Shown in pieces: positions 20,079-30,622 of a DNA stretch of 64,000 bases. Each line of letters opens with the position of its first letter. The stretch's first letter is position 1. The notes beneath the pieces are model-generated. The model searched no databases, was not told where the DNA came from, and worked only from the letters and a program-made list of their open reading frames with translations. This DNA comes from an uncultured Planctomycetota bacterium. Its GTDB lineage: Bacteria; Planctomycetota; Planctomycetia; Isosphaerales; Isosphaeraceae. The stretch is taken from assembly GCA_963845755.1 (NCBI GenBank), contig CAWJTV010000015.1, positions 96,001 through 160,000 on the forward strand. Direction: 5' to 3'. The position numbers and the translations under genes were made by a program.

Positions 20079-23000
20079 TCATTTCCTCTTGGAGGCGATC
20101 TCGGCCAGTGTGCCTAGCACTTCGCTGATGACAACGGAGTCGATCTTGCGGAGCGGGATGCGCTCCTTGCCCCTGGGGTGCCCTTTCGTAGGGTTGTAGA
20201 TCCCCTGAAAGAAGAAGCATCTCTGGACCTCTTGATCCTCCGATTCCCTCTCGTGGCCGATCCATACGCCATCATATTGAATGACGGCGGTGACGTCCGC
20301 GGCTTCGAATGGCTTGGAGTGCTCGCAATAACCGCCGCCGCCGAGCTCGGTGCTGCCCCGGGTCCAGCCGTCCCGCTCGAGGGTCCCGACCAGGCTGATC
20401 GCCGGCACCTTGAACCCCTCGTTGCGGACGATCTCCTTGGCCTTCACCTCCTCGGGATCGAGCCGGTGGATCGCGCGTCCGAGCTGCGGGAACGGCGGGA
20501 TGATCTCGTAGTCGCCGAAGATCTGGCCCCAGGCCGACCGCTGCGCGTCGCTCAGGTGCAGCGGGTGGACGACCCCCACCCGGGCCAGGCCCTCCAGGCG
20601 ATGGGTCGAACTCGTTGACGTCGGCGTAGTCGCGCTCCTCGGTGACGCGGAAGGTCGAGACCAGCTTCCCGGTCTCGTCATAGCCGCCCCAGAGGAGGAG
20701 GCGCACCAGGTGGATCATGAGCGGATGGCGGACCAGCAGCGCCTCGAAGTCGGCCGGGCTCCAGCGCCGGCCGGTGACCATCGCCTGCTCCAGCCGTTCG
20801 GCCTGCACCTTGGCCACCTCCCGCACCTGCTTCTTCAACTGCTTCCACACCTCGACGGCGGCACCGGCCAGCGCCGCGTCGTCCTTGGCGGCCGGCCTGG
20901 GCAGATCGTCCTTGAACTTGCCCTCCTCGTCGCGGACCATCGGCTTCATCTCTGGCCCGAGTGCGAACCCGAACCGGCGCGGGCCGAAGTCGAAGACGCG
21001 GCCGCCGCGCTCGTCGAGGTCGCAATCGGGGACGATCCGGTCCTCCAGCTCGGGGCGTGACAGGCCCCGATCCCGGGCGATCGCCTCCATCATCTCCGCC
21101 GCCTTGGCCTTGAGCGCCTTGAACGACAGCTTCTGGGCGATCCCGTTGAGCTGCATCAACGCGGCATCGGTCCCGATCGCCCGCAGGCACTCCAGGCCGA
21201 GGACGGCGCGCTGATGCTGGTTCTCGCCGGGCCAGGCCCGGACCAGCGGGCTCAGCTTCAGCGCCGCGGCGTCGGAGCCGAGCAGGCCCAGGCGGCCCAT
21301 GGCCCACTTCTCCTTCGGCGGACCACCATCGGCCAGCCAGCGGTCGAACAGGGACAGGACGAAGGCATCCAGCGATCGGCGATCGGCGTGCGCCTTGAGT
21401 GCGGCGACCAGCGGATGGGGCGAGTCGAGCGTGCTCCGAGCCAGTGCCGCGAGGGCCGTCTTCACTTGCTCCGGATTCAGCCTCTTCCCCGCCACGAGGA
21501 TCGGCTGGAGCTGGTCGGGATCCACCCAGCCCGGCGGCCTGAGCGGCTTCGCCCCGGCGAGAGCCGTCCGGAGCCAGTCGGGCGTCGTGTCGTCATCGAG
21601 TGCCGGGATGGCCTGGTCGGCCCGCTCCAGTACCTCACGCCGGAGCTTCTCAACCGTCTCCGGGGGGGCCGCGGCCAGGCACTCGCGGATGAATCCCTCA
21701 CGGCCCTTGCCGCTCTGGGCGCGGAGGTAGTCCACGGCGGCGTCGGCCAATTTCCCCCTGGCGGCAGCCACCGGAATCAGGCCGGGGATGGCATGGCCGG
21801 GATGCTGGTCCAGCCACTTCCGGCGCCGCCGGGGGCCCTCGATGCCAACCTCAGCTCGAGCATCGGCACGGCCGCCCTGGGCGATTTGACCAGCGCCAGG
21901 ACGTCGATCAGCTCCGCGCAATGCTCCTTGTTGGCCGCGGCCAGGATGCTGTCCCGGATGAGGTCCAGCGAGTGATCCTCGGTATGGGCGAGCCAGCCGC
22001 GGATCTCGTCAGGACTCTTGAGTAGGAGTTTCAGCCGGCGCAGTCTCCGAATCGACGGCCGCCGGGCTCTCGAGTCCCAGGACGAGGAGCTGCGGCCGCT
22101 GACGTTGATCGCCATATGGCTCCGAAACATAGAAATCATCGGGGATACTCTCGACGAGGCGGCGGACTTCCTCGTGGAGTCCCAGTGCGGCGGCCAGGTA
22201 GTGTGCCAGTGGGAGGCGGCCATAGTGGTAGAATGGGGGGGGCGAAGTCTTGCGCAGGCTGGCCCGCACTTCATCCTGCATGGTGCGGTGTTCCAGGTCG
22301 TCGAGATAGGGCAAGACGTGTCGGTGGAACCAGGCGAGCACCTCGTCGTCCCCGCCCTCTTCCGGGGTCTCCTCCAGGCCCCAGATCTCCCGCGCCACGG
22401 CGAGAAAGTTGCCTGGGGTCAAGAGACCGAAGGCGACGTGGCCCACATAGCCCTGCCCGATTAGCTCCGCCGTTTCCTCGGTGGTGACGGGTTTGCTGAA
22501 GGCCTCGCTCTGGGAACGGACGGCGTCCATGAGCTTCGTTGGGGGGCGATCTTTCAACCTGACCGAGTTGGCCACGGACATGGCGACGATCCAGAAGCGG
22601 GCTTCCTCGCGGCTCATGATCGTCGCGCGCAGTGCCTTGCTCCAATCGTCGACATAAAAGGCCCCGGCACTTCGCCTCACTCCGGCCAGACGATCCAGGC
22701 AATCCTCCAGGTCGAATGGCGGCGGCTCGGGCCGTGGCCTCGGCGAGCGGGGCCGCCAGGTCGCCCAGAGCCAGTCGTCGGGATCGAGCTCGATGACGCG
22801 GGCCGCCGAGCCGGCGGCCGGCGCCGCCTCGGCGGCTGGGGGCGCCGACGCGGGCTCGGGAGGTGATGCGGCCTCGGCCTGAGCGGGCCCGGGCGGGGCC
22901 GTCGCGCCGTCCGACGGCCCGGCAGAGCTGGCGGTGGCACCGACCATCTCCGAGTAGCCCTTCTTGAGCTTCTCGGCGATCAGCTTGTCATGCGACGTCT

Positions 23001-23151
23001 TCGCCTCGTCCGTGGTGGCGAACTCCTTGGTTTGAGACTGCCCGGCCGTGCCGATCCGGCCGAACCGGACCGTGTGCGCCGTGCCGTCCAGCTCGATGCA
23101 CCAGAACTTCCGGATCGCGCCCTCGATGAGCTGGAACTCGCGCCGACTCAT
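20079..23151 (-). CDS. WGR + DUF4132 domain protein (MolR/YehI-like); at least 3 frameshifts
   Basis: WGR domain KFWCIELDG..HTVRFGRIGTAGQ...K.IAEKLKKGY; WPGE..HQRAVLGLECL.AIG, ELEDRIVPDCDLD, QAERLEQAMVTGRRW, FGDYEIIPPFPQLGR. Confidence 0.88.
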
Positions 23152-23268
23152 GGATCGCCTCCAGTCCTTCGTCGGATGTCGTTGCTGGATGCGTGATAAC
23201 CATCGACAGCGTATCGCCAACGAGCCGCGTTGGAAAGCGGCCGGCGCCTCCCCGACCGACCGGGCGAC

Positions 23269-23452
23269 TCATGTTCCTTTCGATTCCAGGACACCCAGGG
23301 TCGCCAGCACCTCGCTCGAGCGCCACCGGGTCCACTGCGCCCAGCGGCAAGACATCCTCGCTCTCGGAGCCCCACCTGGGCGTATAGAGCCCCGGCACGA
23401 AGAAGCACTTCTCGAGCTCCTGGTCCTCCCAGCCTTCCATGAAGGGATCACT
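23269..23452 (-). pseudogene. C-terminal remnant of a second, tandem DUF4132 paralog
   Basis: EDQELEKCFFVPGLY...LPLGAVDPVAL/SEVLATLGVLESKGT* parallels EDQEVQRCFFFQGIY...IPLRKIDSVVISEVLGTLAEIASKRK* of the downstream gene. Confidence 0.8.
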
Positions 23453-23631
23453 TCAGAAGTTGCACACTATCGTACGCTAAGGCCGTCTCTATATGATTCG
23501 TTTTAGGGACGCTGCCGACCTTGGCCCTGAGAATCGGGTAAAAGCCGTCCCAATAATCCATCCATTTATTACGGGGCGTCTCGAATGACGTTCGGCCTCG
23601 GGACCGCCGATCACCCCGTCGGAACGCGACG

Positions 23632-23774
23632 ACTCGTTCCCACGCTCGGCGTGGGAACGAGTTAAATTGAAAGATTGAAAATCATAGAAATTTTGACACG
23701 TTAGCGAGGTCTCCGGGTGATCTCGATCCGACGCGGGATTGTGACTCGTTCCCAGGCGGAGCGTGGGAACGAGT
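23632..23774. repeat. Two REP-like palindromes (ACTCGTTCCCACGC-N3-GCGTGGGAACGAGT)
   Basis: Perfect 14-bp stem at 23632-23662 and a near-identical copy at 23744-23774. Confidence 0.9.
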
Positions 23775-23867
23775 TATGACCTCGAACAATTGTCAACCGA
23801 GGTGTGAACGCATACCTCTGTGACTCTGTGGTGAGTCTCTTTTGATTGGTTGGTTGCGGCTCGGCCA

Positions 23868-24090
23868 CGCTGTGTGTACTTCATGGCGTTGTTAGTGGAG
23901 TCGCTGCTGGAGCGAGAATTGAGGCGAGCGATGGAGAGCGAGGGGATGGAGAGCCTGCCGTTGTACCCAGAGGGTCGGGCGTGTCGCCGACCGACCGCTC
24001 GGAAGGTGATCGACCTGTTCGAGGACGTGCAACGGTACGAACTGTCAGCGGGCCACCGGCCGGCCGTGGTCTTCAACACGAAACTTATAT
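23868..24090 (+). pseudogene. IS1634-family transposase C-terminal remnant
   Basis: CVYFMALLVESLLERELRRAM..EG.ESLPLYPEGRACRRPTARKVIDLFEDVQR. Confidence 0.7.
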
Positions 24091-24308
24091 CCATGCTCAT
24101 CAATACCCCATCCCATAGGCGAGCCCACGTGAGGTGTCAGGCTGATGCGACTTGAAGAGCGACCGACCGTTTGCCCACGATGCGGGTCGTCTCGTACGGT
24201 TCGCCTGATCTGGAACTGCGTCTACTCGTTCGGGGAAGACGAGAAGGACGTGGATGCGGGAACGGCGTTCGTCGTCAACCCAGCGGATAGGGATTCCTGG
24301 GGACGGTC

Positions 24309-24767
24309 GTGGTCGGTCTCGTGATGATCGCCGGACCGGCCGTCGCCGGGTGCCTCCTGCTCGCCGTCGCCGCACTCGTGGCTGCCGATGCCCTCTTCTA
24401 CCGGCGATGGCCGTGGCTCTCGGTCCCGGCGGCCGTTGCCGGTGGTGCATTCGTCCTCTGGGCGATCGTCCTCAACGCCAGGGCGAGGCGTCGGATGATC
24501 GCGGCGATCAAGGGCCGGGTCCTGGATTGCCCCTCCTGCGACGCACCCCTGCCGCGCTGGGACGGCTCCTTCGCATGGTTCCCGCCCGAGCCCGGCGAGA
24601 TCGACTGGATCGGGCCCCCCCGAAGGGAGCGTCCGATTGCGTTGCGACCGCTGCCTTCGCGATGCCTGGTTCTATGCCCACATCGACGGGAGCGTCAATC
24701 CGTACTGGAGCCCCGATCGGCCCGACGGCATCGCAGTCAACCTTGGTGGCATCGTCGTCAACCTTGA
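24309..24767 (+). CDS. Hypothetical membrane protein with a CxxC motif; start uncertain
   Basis: Two to three hydrophobic helices followed by CPSCDAPL. Confidence 0.4.
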   Translation: MVGLVMIAGPAVAGCLLLAVAALVAADALFYRRWPWLSVPAAVAGGAFVLWAIVLNARARRRMIAAIKGRVLDCPSCDAPLPRWDGSFAWFPPEPGEIDWIGPPRRERPIALRPLPSRCLVLCPHRRERQSVLEPRSARRHRSQPWWHRRQP

Positions 24768-24801
24768 TGAATCTGAAGCATGAGGAATCTCGGTCACGGG
24801 T

Positions 24802-24911
24802 GGCGCGGGACGATGCAGGAGCCTGTAAGCGGTGATCCATAGTTGGCGCGGACACCCAGGCGCGGGACGATGCGGGAACCTGTAACGGGTGATCCAGAGA
24901 TCAGACTTTGC
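24802..24911 (+). repeat. Copy B of the conserved intergenic element, with an internal 38-bp direct repeat at 57-bp period
   Basis: GGCGCGGGACGATGC(A/G)GGA(G/A)CCTGTAA(GC/CG)GGTGATCCA at 24802-24839 and 24859-24896. Confidence 0.85.
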
Positions 24912-24989
24912 AATCTTCTCGCCCGGCCAGGTCGAGCGCCGTGTCCTGCTCTCGGGACGGCTTCTACGATCTTGATCGGAGGACGAATC

Positions 24990-25934
24990 ATGAGAATCCC
25001 GCAGCGATCAGGTCACCTTGGGGCCGGGCGGGCGATCCTCCTGGCCGTCGTCCTGGCCGCGCCGCGCCGGGTCTGCGGCGCGGAACCCCTGGAGACGATT
25101 TGCGCCGCGTTCCACGCCACGTCGCAAGGACTCACTTCCGGCATCGGGAAGGGGACCTATCGCCATTATGAGGCGGTCACCGGGGGCGACTGGCAGCTCA
25201 AGCAAGATGCGGATCTGACGACCTACTTCGACGGCAAGAAGTACCACATCGAACTCAAGTATCATCGCGATGAACTCCCGACGGTGCATGTGGATTCCCG
25301 CCGGATCATCTTCGACGGTAAAACGATCACGGAGGCCATGTTTTCGCCGAGGATCCACCCTACGGGAGCCCAGGGCCGCGTCCTCCAGCCACAAGACTTC
25401 GGCAGCGGCGTGTCCAAACCCTCGGAGGTCGACTTCCCGTGGGACGTCGCCCTGCTCGTTGGCAATGTCTGGCATCCCGAACGACTGATCGAGAATGTGA
25501 CTCCACAGCGGATCGAGATCAGGCAGACCCCCGGAGGGGACCTGGTGGGGAGCTATCCGCTCGCGAATACCGATCGCGTCCGAGTGCGGTTCGAGTGTCC
25601 TCGGGATTCCGGATTCAATCTCGCCCGGCTGCAGGTCTTCAACGTCGGCCAGGCGGAACCGGCCGAGGACGTGCGCATCGAATGGAAGCAGAGTCCAACC
25701 GGCTTGTGGTACGTCCGGTCGGTCGATAAAACGGACGTGTTGCGCGACCCGAGGATTCCGGTCGCGAGGATCCGTCATGTCCTGAAATACACCGAGTTCC
25801 AGCCGAACGCGAAGGTCGCTCCGAAGCTCTTCACGCAAGCCGCGCTCGGGCTCCCTTCTGGGAGCCCGATTTTGGACTGCGCCCCGAGGCCAAGGATCCC
25901 ATTCGCCGTGTGCCCTGATCCGTTCTCTCCGTAG
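24990..25934 (+). CDS. Exported hypothetical protein (possibly LolA-like beta fold)
   Basis: RBS GGAGG; signal-like N-terminus; beta-strand-rich sequence ending F.PN.KV.P.LFT..ALGLP.G. Confidence 0.7.
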   Translation: MRIPQRSGHLGAGRAILLAVVLAAPRRVCGAEPLETICAAFHATSQGLTSGIGKGTYRHYEAVTGGDWQLKQDADLTTYFDGKKYHIELKYHRDELPTVHVDSRRIIFDGKTITEAMFSPRIHPTGAQGRVLQPQDFGSGVSKPSEVDFPWDVALLVGNVWHPERLIENVTPQRIEIRQTPGGDLVGSYPLANTDRVRVRFECPRDSGFNLARLQVFNVGQAEPAEDVRIEWKQSPTGLWYVRSVDKTDVLRDPRIPVARIRHVLKYTEFQPNAKVAPKLFTQAALGLPSGSPILDCAPRPRIPFAVCPDPFSP

Positions 25935-26158
25935 TGCGATGGTCCCGCCCGGCGAAGTCGGGTCAAAGCCCATGATCGTCGGACGATCCCGCAGGCTGCT
26001 TAGTTCGAAGGGTGGGGGGAATAAGTCTCAGCCCGGCTCCGACGTGAAGCTCATGCGGTGGATCATCATTTTTCCTCGGAGAACAATGAAGGGAGGTCGG
26101 GGTAACGGCGACGCAGCTCGTTTTCTCTCTTCCCGTTTCTATTCCCAAGGCAGATGCG

Positions 26159-26650
26159 ATGGCCACGGTGCTGTTCCTGCACGGTTGGAATTCGAATCCG
26201 GGCGGCGTCAAACCGACCTACCTGGCCGGGCACGGCCATGTGGTGATCAACCCGGCGCTGCCCGACGAGGACTTCGACGAGGCCGTCCGGATCGCCCAGG
26301 AGTCGTTCGACCAGCATCGGCCGGATGTGGTCGTTGGGTCATCGCGGGGCGGGGCCGTGGCGATGAACATCGATTCGAGCGGCGCGACACTCATTCTCCT
26401 CTGCCCGGCCTGGAAGAAATGGGGAGCGGCCAGGACCGTCAAACCGGACACCGTGATCCTGCACTCCGAGGCCGACGATGTGATCCCGATCGCGGATAGC
26501 CGCGAGCTCGTCGCTCGCAGCGGTCTGGCGGATTCGGCGCTGATCATCGTCGGAAACGACCATCGACTGGCCGACCCGGGGCCGCTGGCCGCGATGGCCT
26601 TCGCCATCGGTCAACTGTGCCCCAGACGCATGGGACACGAGAGCGCTTAA
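26159..26650 (+). CDS. Small alpha/beta hydrolase (YqiA/UPF0227-like)
   Basis: LFLHGW.S, nucleophile elbow VVGSSRGG, ILHSEADDVIP, GNDHRL (Ser-Asp-His triad). Confidence 0.9.
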   Translation: MATVLFLHGWNSNPGGVKPTYLAGHGHVVINPALPDEDFDEAVRIAQESFDQHRPDVVVGSSRGGAVAMNIDSSGATLILLCPAWKKWGAARTVKPDTVILHSEADDVIPIADSRELVARSGLADSALIIVGNDHRLADPGPLAAMAFAIGQLCPRRMGHESA

Positions 26651-26726
26651 CGGTTGGCTTTCACACGCTCGGAGTCCTCGACCGAAGCAACGCCCCGAAC
26701 GCGGCCTTCGGCCGCAACCCAACCGG

Positions 26727-26929
26727 GATTCGAGATTCGAGATTCGGGATTCGAGATTCGAGATTCGAGATTCGGGATTCGGGATTCGAGATTCGAGATT
26801 CGGGATTCGAGATTCGAGATTCGAGATTCGGGATTCGAGATTCGAGATTCGAGATTCGGGATTCGAGATTCGAGATTCGGGATTCGAGATTCCGGATTCC
26901 GGATTGCCGATCCCGGATTGCCGATCCCG
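26727..26929. repeat. Heptamer tandem array (GATTCGR)x23 plus 6 degenerate units
   Basis: Counted directly: 23 GATTCGA/GATTCGG units at 26727-26887, then GATTCCG/GATTGCC/GATCCCG variants. Intergenic. Confidence 0.97.
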
Positions 26930-27276
26930 GATGAAGAAGGATTGGGGAATCGGGCATTCGGAATGAAGGATCCCCCGGATGCGCGCATGCGGCAGGGGGC
27001 CTATGGAGGTCGACTCTAACGCGGCCAAAGCCTGCCTCAGGCACTCTTCCGTGACGGGGCTCCAGGGCGGCACGGGCTGCGCGGTTCGACATGATGCACC
27101 GATGACCATCGATCGGCGGCCAATTCCTCTGGTCAGTGCGGCCGGTTGCGGGTAGAACTCCGTCCGGTTTCTTCGTTGGCGAGTTGTCCCGGCAAGGGCT
27201 GGTCCTTCCGATGGCGGAGACTTCCTTGAGTCGCCCCCGTGGCGACCGACGGACTGACTCGGGAGGATCACGGCCG

Positions 27277-28311
27277 ATGTCAGGGTCGCGAGCATGGATG
27301 GTCCTCGGCGTCCTGGTTGGTGCATCGCTGGTGGCCGGTCGCGCGGTGGAAGCCGCGGCGGATGTCCGGTTCGACAAGGATTTCCTGGCCGGGATCATCG
27401 AAAAACTACCGCCGGTCGCCTTCCAGACGCCGGGGCAGCTTCGCGGGATGGTCCACGATTTCCGCCTCATCGCGATCGAGGCTCGTGCGCGGCAACTCGT
27501 GGTCACCTGCCGGATCGACGGCGCGTTTCGCGCTCCGGTCAACGGCCCGATCACGGACCGGGTCGCGAGGAGCCCTCAGACGCCGGAGGGGTGGCGGAAG
27601 TTCAGTTTCGACGTGCGGTCGCGGGTCAACGTCGAGCCGGGCGGCGACGCGGCGCCGCGGTTCCGGATCGTCATCGATGAGGTCAAGCGGCGGGAGCTCG
27701 ATGGCTTCAGCGGGATCATCGCCAAGGTCCTGGGCCAGTTCTTCGATGAGCTGGTCACGCAGCTCGCCAATGGCCGGGCCTCGCGGCTGAGCGAAGAGCT
27801 CAACGCCGAGATCGTCCGCCGCGTCGCCCTGTTCAAGGAGTACGGCGTCTTCTACGGGATCGAGTACTCCCCGGGCGAGCTGGTCCTCCATTTCGACCTG
27901 ACCCGGCTCCGATCCGAGGGGATCGCCGGTTACGTCTTCACCAAGCCGCAACCGGGAAGCGTCCCACTCTACCGATGGCTTCACCCGGGCGATCACTCGC
28001 ATTATTACACGCTCCGGCCCGGCGCACCCGATCGGCCCCGTGCGGTCCTCGAGGGTGTCGCCTGCTACGTGCTGGACCATCGCGAACCCGACACCGTCCC
28101 GTTCTATCGCTGGTCGAACCCACGCGACCACTTGTATACCACCGCGCCCGACGGCGAGCACGTCAGCCGCCTCGGTTATCGGCCCCGAGGGATCACCTGC
28201 TACATCTACCACGATCCCAAGCCGGGAACTGTCCCTCTCTACCGCTTCTTCGACCCGAGCCGTCGCCAGCATTTCTACACGACGCATGCCTTCGCCGAGT
28301 TCCTGAAGTGA
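27277..28311 (+). CDS. Exported protein with three C-terminal 'PLYR...HxYT...GY..EG' repeats (DUF5648-like)
   Basis: Signal peptide, RBS GGAGG; VPLYRW...HYYT, VPFYRW...HLYT, VPLYRF...HFYT. Confidence 0.8.
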   Translation: MSGSRAWMVLGVLVGASLVAGRAVEAAADVRFDKDFLAGIIEKLPPVAFQTPGQLRGMVHDFRLIAIEARARQLVVTCRIDGAFRAPVNGPITDRVARSPQTPEGWRKFSFDVRSRVNVEPGGDAAPRFRIVIDEVKRRELDGFSGIIAKVLGQFFDELVTQLANGRASRLSEELNAEIVRRVALFKEYGVFYGIEYSPGELVLHFDLTRLRSEGIAGYVFTKPQPGSVPLYRWLHPGDHSHYYTLRPGAPDRPRAVLEGVACYVLDHREPDTVPFYRWSNPRDHLYTTAPDGEHVSRLGYRPRGITCYIYHDPKPGTVPLYRFFDPSRRQHFYTTHAFAEFLK

Positions 28312-28351
28312 TGAAAGACGAAGGATGAGTCCGAACTCCGCCGGTCTTGAT

Positions 28352-30091
28352 TCAGCTTTCCGGCTTCCTCCTTCCCTGTCGTCCGTCGCCACCAAGGGGA
28401 GGTTGTGCCTCCTCGGCCCATTCGACCACGGAATTGACGGGCACATTCACGCGGCTCTCGACCCGCCCCGAGGGCCAGCGGATCTCCAGGCGGTTGACGA
28501 CCTCGGCGACGCCCAGCCCGAAGTGGACGCGCGGGTCGCTGGCGGAAATGTAGCTGCCGCCGCCGTCGTGCGTGCGGACGATCGTTCGACGACCGACCTG
28601 CGCGATCAGCCGTGCCGCCGATCGCGTCTCGATGGGGAGATCGGCCGCTCAGCTTCACGATCAGCCAGTTGCCGCGGCGGGGTGACTCGTTCCAGAGGAC
28701 GACGCTCGGGGCGTGGTGGTGGACGATGACGAGATCCAGGTCGCCATCCTCGTCGAGGTCGCCACAGGCGAGCCCGCGCCCCATGTGGAGGGCCCGGAAA
28801 TAGTCGCCGGCCCCGGCGGTGACGTTCTGAAAACGGCCGGCGCCGATGTTGCGCCAGAGGATCGGCGGATTCTCGTAGGGATATCTGCTGGCCGGGTTCG
28901 CGGCGGATGTGGCCGTTGGTGGCGACCAGGTCGAGCCGGCCGTCGAGATCGAAGTCGGCGAAGCCGGTTCCCCAGCCCGTCAAGGGGCGCGAGTCCACGC
29001 GCCAGGCCCGCCTCGTTGGTCTGGTCCTGATAATACAGGTCCTTGCCGGGAACCCCGAAGGCCCGCCAGAGCGTGTCGTGCTCGCCCCAAAAATGCGTGA
29101 TCAGGATGTCGGGCAGGGCGTCGTCGTTGCTGTCGCCGAAGGCGATCCCCATGTTCGCCTCGGCCTGCCCGTCGCCGTTGACCGCGACGCCGAGCACCTC
29201 CGCCCGGTCCTCGAACGTACCATCGCCGCGATTCCGCCACAGCGCATTGCTCATCGCATCGTTGGCGACCAGGAAGTCGATCCGGCCGTCGCCGTCGAAG
29301 TCGGAGGCGACGACGCCCATCCCCCGGCCGCTACCTGCCACGCCCGCCCGGGCGGTCACGTCGGTGAAGTGGCCGTTCCCCTCGTTGCGATAAAGGACAT
29401 CCGGCTGACCCGGGAAGTCGGCAGGCATGCCATAGTCGGCCGCTCCGGTCGCCGGATCCCGGCGAAACGGCGCCTTGGCCTGATCGAAGGTGAAGTAGGT
29501 CGCGACGAACAGGTCCAGATCGCCATCGCCGTCGTAATCGGCGAAGGCCGCGCCCAGACTCCAGAGCCCGCAGCCGACGCCGGCCTCGTCCGTCACATCG
29601 GTGACTCGGCCCCGATCATTGCGCCAGAGGGTATTGCGGCCGTAGCGGGTGACGTAGACGTCGGGGTCACCGTCGCCGTCGAAGTCGGCCACGGCCACAC
29701 CCTGACCGTAGCCCTTGGGGCTCAGTCCGGCCTGGGACGAGACGTCTTCGAATCGACCGCTGCCCAGGTTCCTGAGCAACACGTCGGCCCGGGCCGGCTT
29801 GCCTGGCCGCAGAGGACCGCCCTGTGCGAAGAAGAGGTCGAGCCGGCCGTCGCCGTCGAAATCGAGGATGCCCACGCCGCCGCCGGTGGTCTCGACGGGC
29901 CACGCCGCGCCCGTCTCGCCCCGCTCGTAGAGAAAGGGGAGCTCCTGGGCGCGGAACCGAAGCGGAGCGGCCTCGTTCCCGGCCTTCACAGAAGCCGAGC
30001 GATCCGGCTCCTTGCGACAACCGATGGGGAATGCCAGCAACGCCAGCCCCAGTGCGGCCAACCGAGCGCGAATCGGACGTTTCCACCCCAT
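28352..30091 (-). CDS. CRTAC1-family FG-GAP/VCBS repeat + ASPIC/UnbV lipoprotein; frameshifted
   Basis: DFDGDGRLDLF-type repeats, GYGQGVAVAD, EANMGIA, C-terminal GGGSYISASDPRVHFGLG..RWPSG. Confidence 0.9.
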
Positions 30092-30270
30092 CAATATCAC
30101 GAAGACCACCTCCACACTCGCTCGCCGCTTTACCTCGATTCGACGTCGACCCGCCACCTTATGACAAACCTTCGTGTTGCCTCAAGCCCTCCTTGACGCG
30201 ACAATCCGGTTGGCCGAGTGGAACCGGTGATCTTGCGATCGGATCCCGCTCATCGAGAAGGGAGTTCGTC

Positions 30271-30562
30271 ATGAGACGAGGAATCATCGTCGCGTGTTTG
30301 ACTCTGATGGTGCCGGCGTTGTTGCTGTTCCTGGCCGACCGAAGCAGGACGACCGCCCAGGAGGCGGCCCGGGTCGCTCAGCGCCAACTCGTGGAGGTTG
30401 GCAAGACCTACAACTTCTGGACAACATCGAGGTGGATGCACTGTAAAGTCGTCGAGTGCGCCCCTTGGCAGATGGGTCAGGGTGGAGTACCTCGATTTCG
30501 ACAAGCCGAAACGCGGTTGGATCAATCTGGATATGATCGGGGCCATCACGGACGAGGAGTAG
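30271..30562 (+). CDS. Small exported hypothetical protein; frameshift ~30460
   Basis: RBS AAGGGAG; MRRGIIVACLTLMVPALLLFL...VEVGKTY...(shift) RWVRVEY...WINLD.I.AI. Confidence 0.5.
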
Positions 30563-30622
30563 CCAGACGTTCGCCCGAGGGGCCGGCGAAGCATCGATCG
30601 AGCTGAAGAGAGGCGCGGGGGC

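Noticed and set aside
19839..20117. ORF after the IS-split element copy (MRHPPAAFYGG...) as a confident CDS
   Set aside because: No recognisable motif, and it overlaps the end of the DUF4132 gene. It is mentioned only as a possible decayed cassette.
24802..24896. 38-bp direct repeats as a mini-CRISPR
   Set aside because: Only two adjacent imperfect copies with a 19-bp gap that is itself conserved in the copy at 18264, so it is not a variable spacer.
26727..26929. Possible CRISPR array
   Set aside because: Contiguous 7-mers with no unique spacers, and no cas genes in the window.
26339..27554. Long ORFs with ISNLESR / RDSRFEI repeats
   Set aside because: They are by-products of the stop-free heptamer DNA array, open in several frames on both strands, and overlap real genes.
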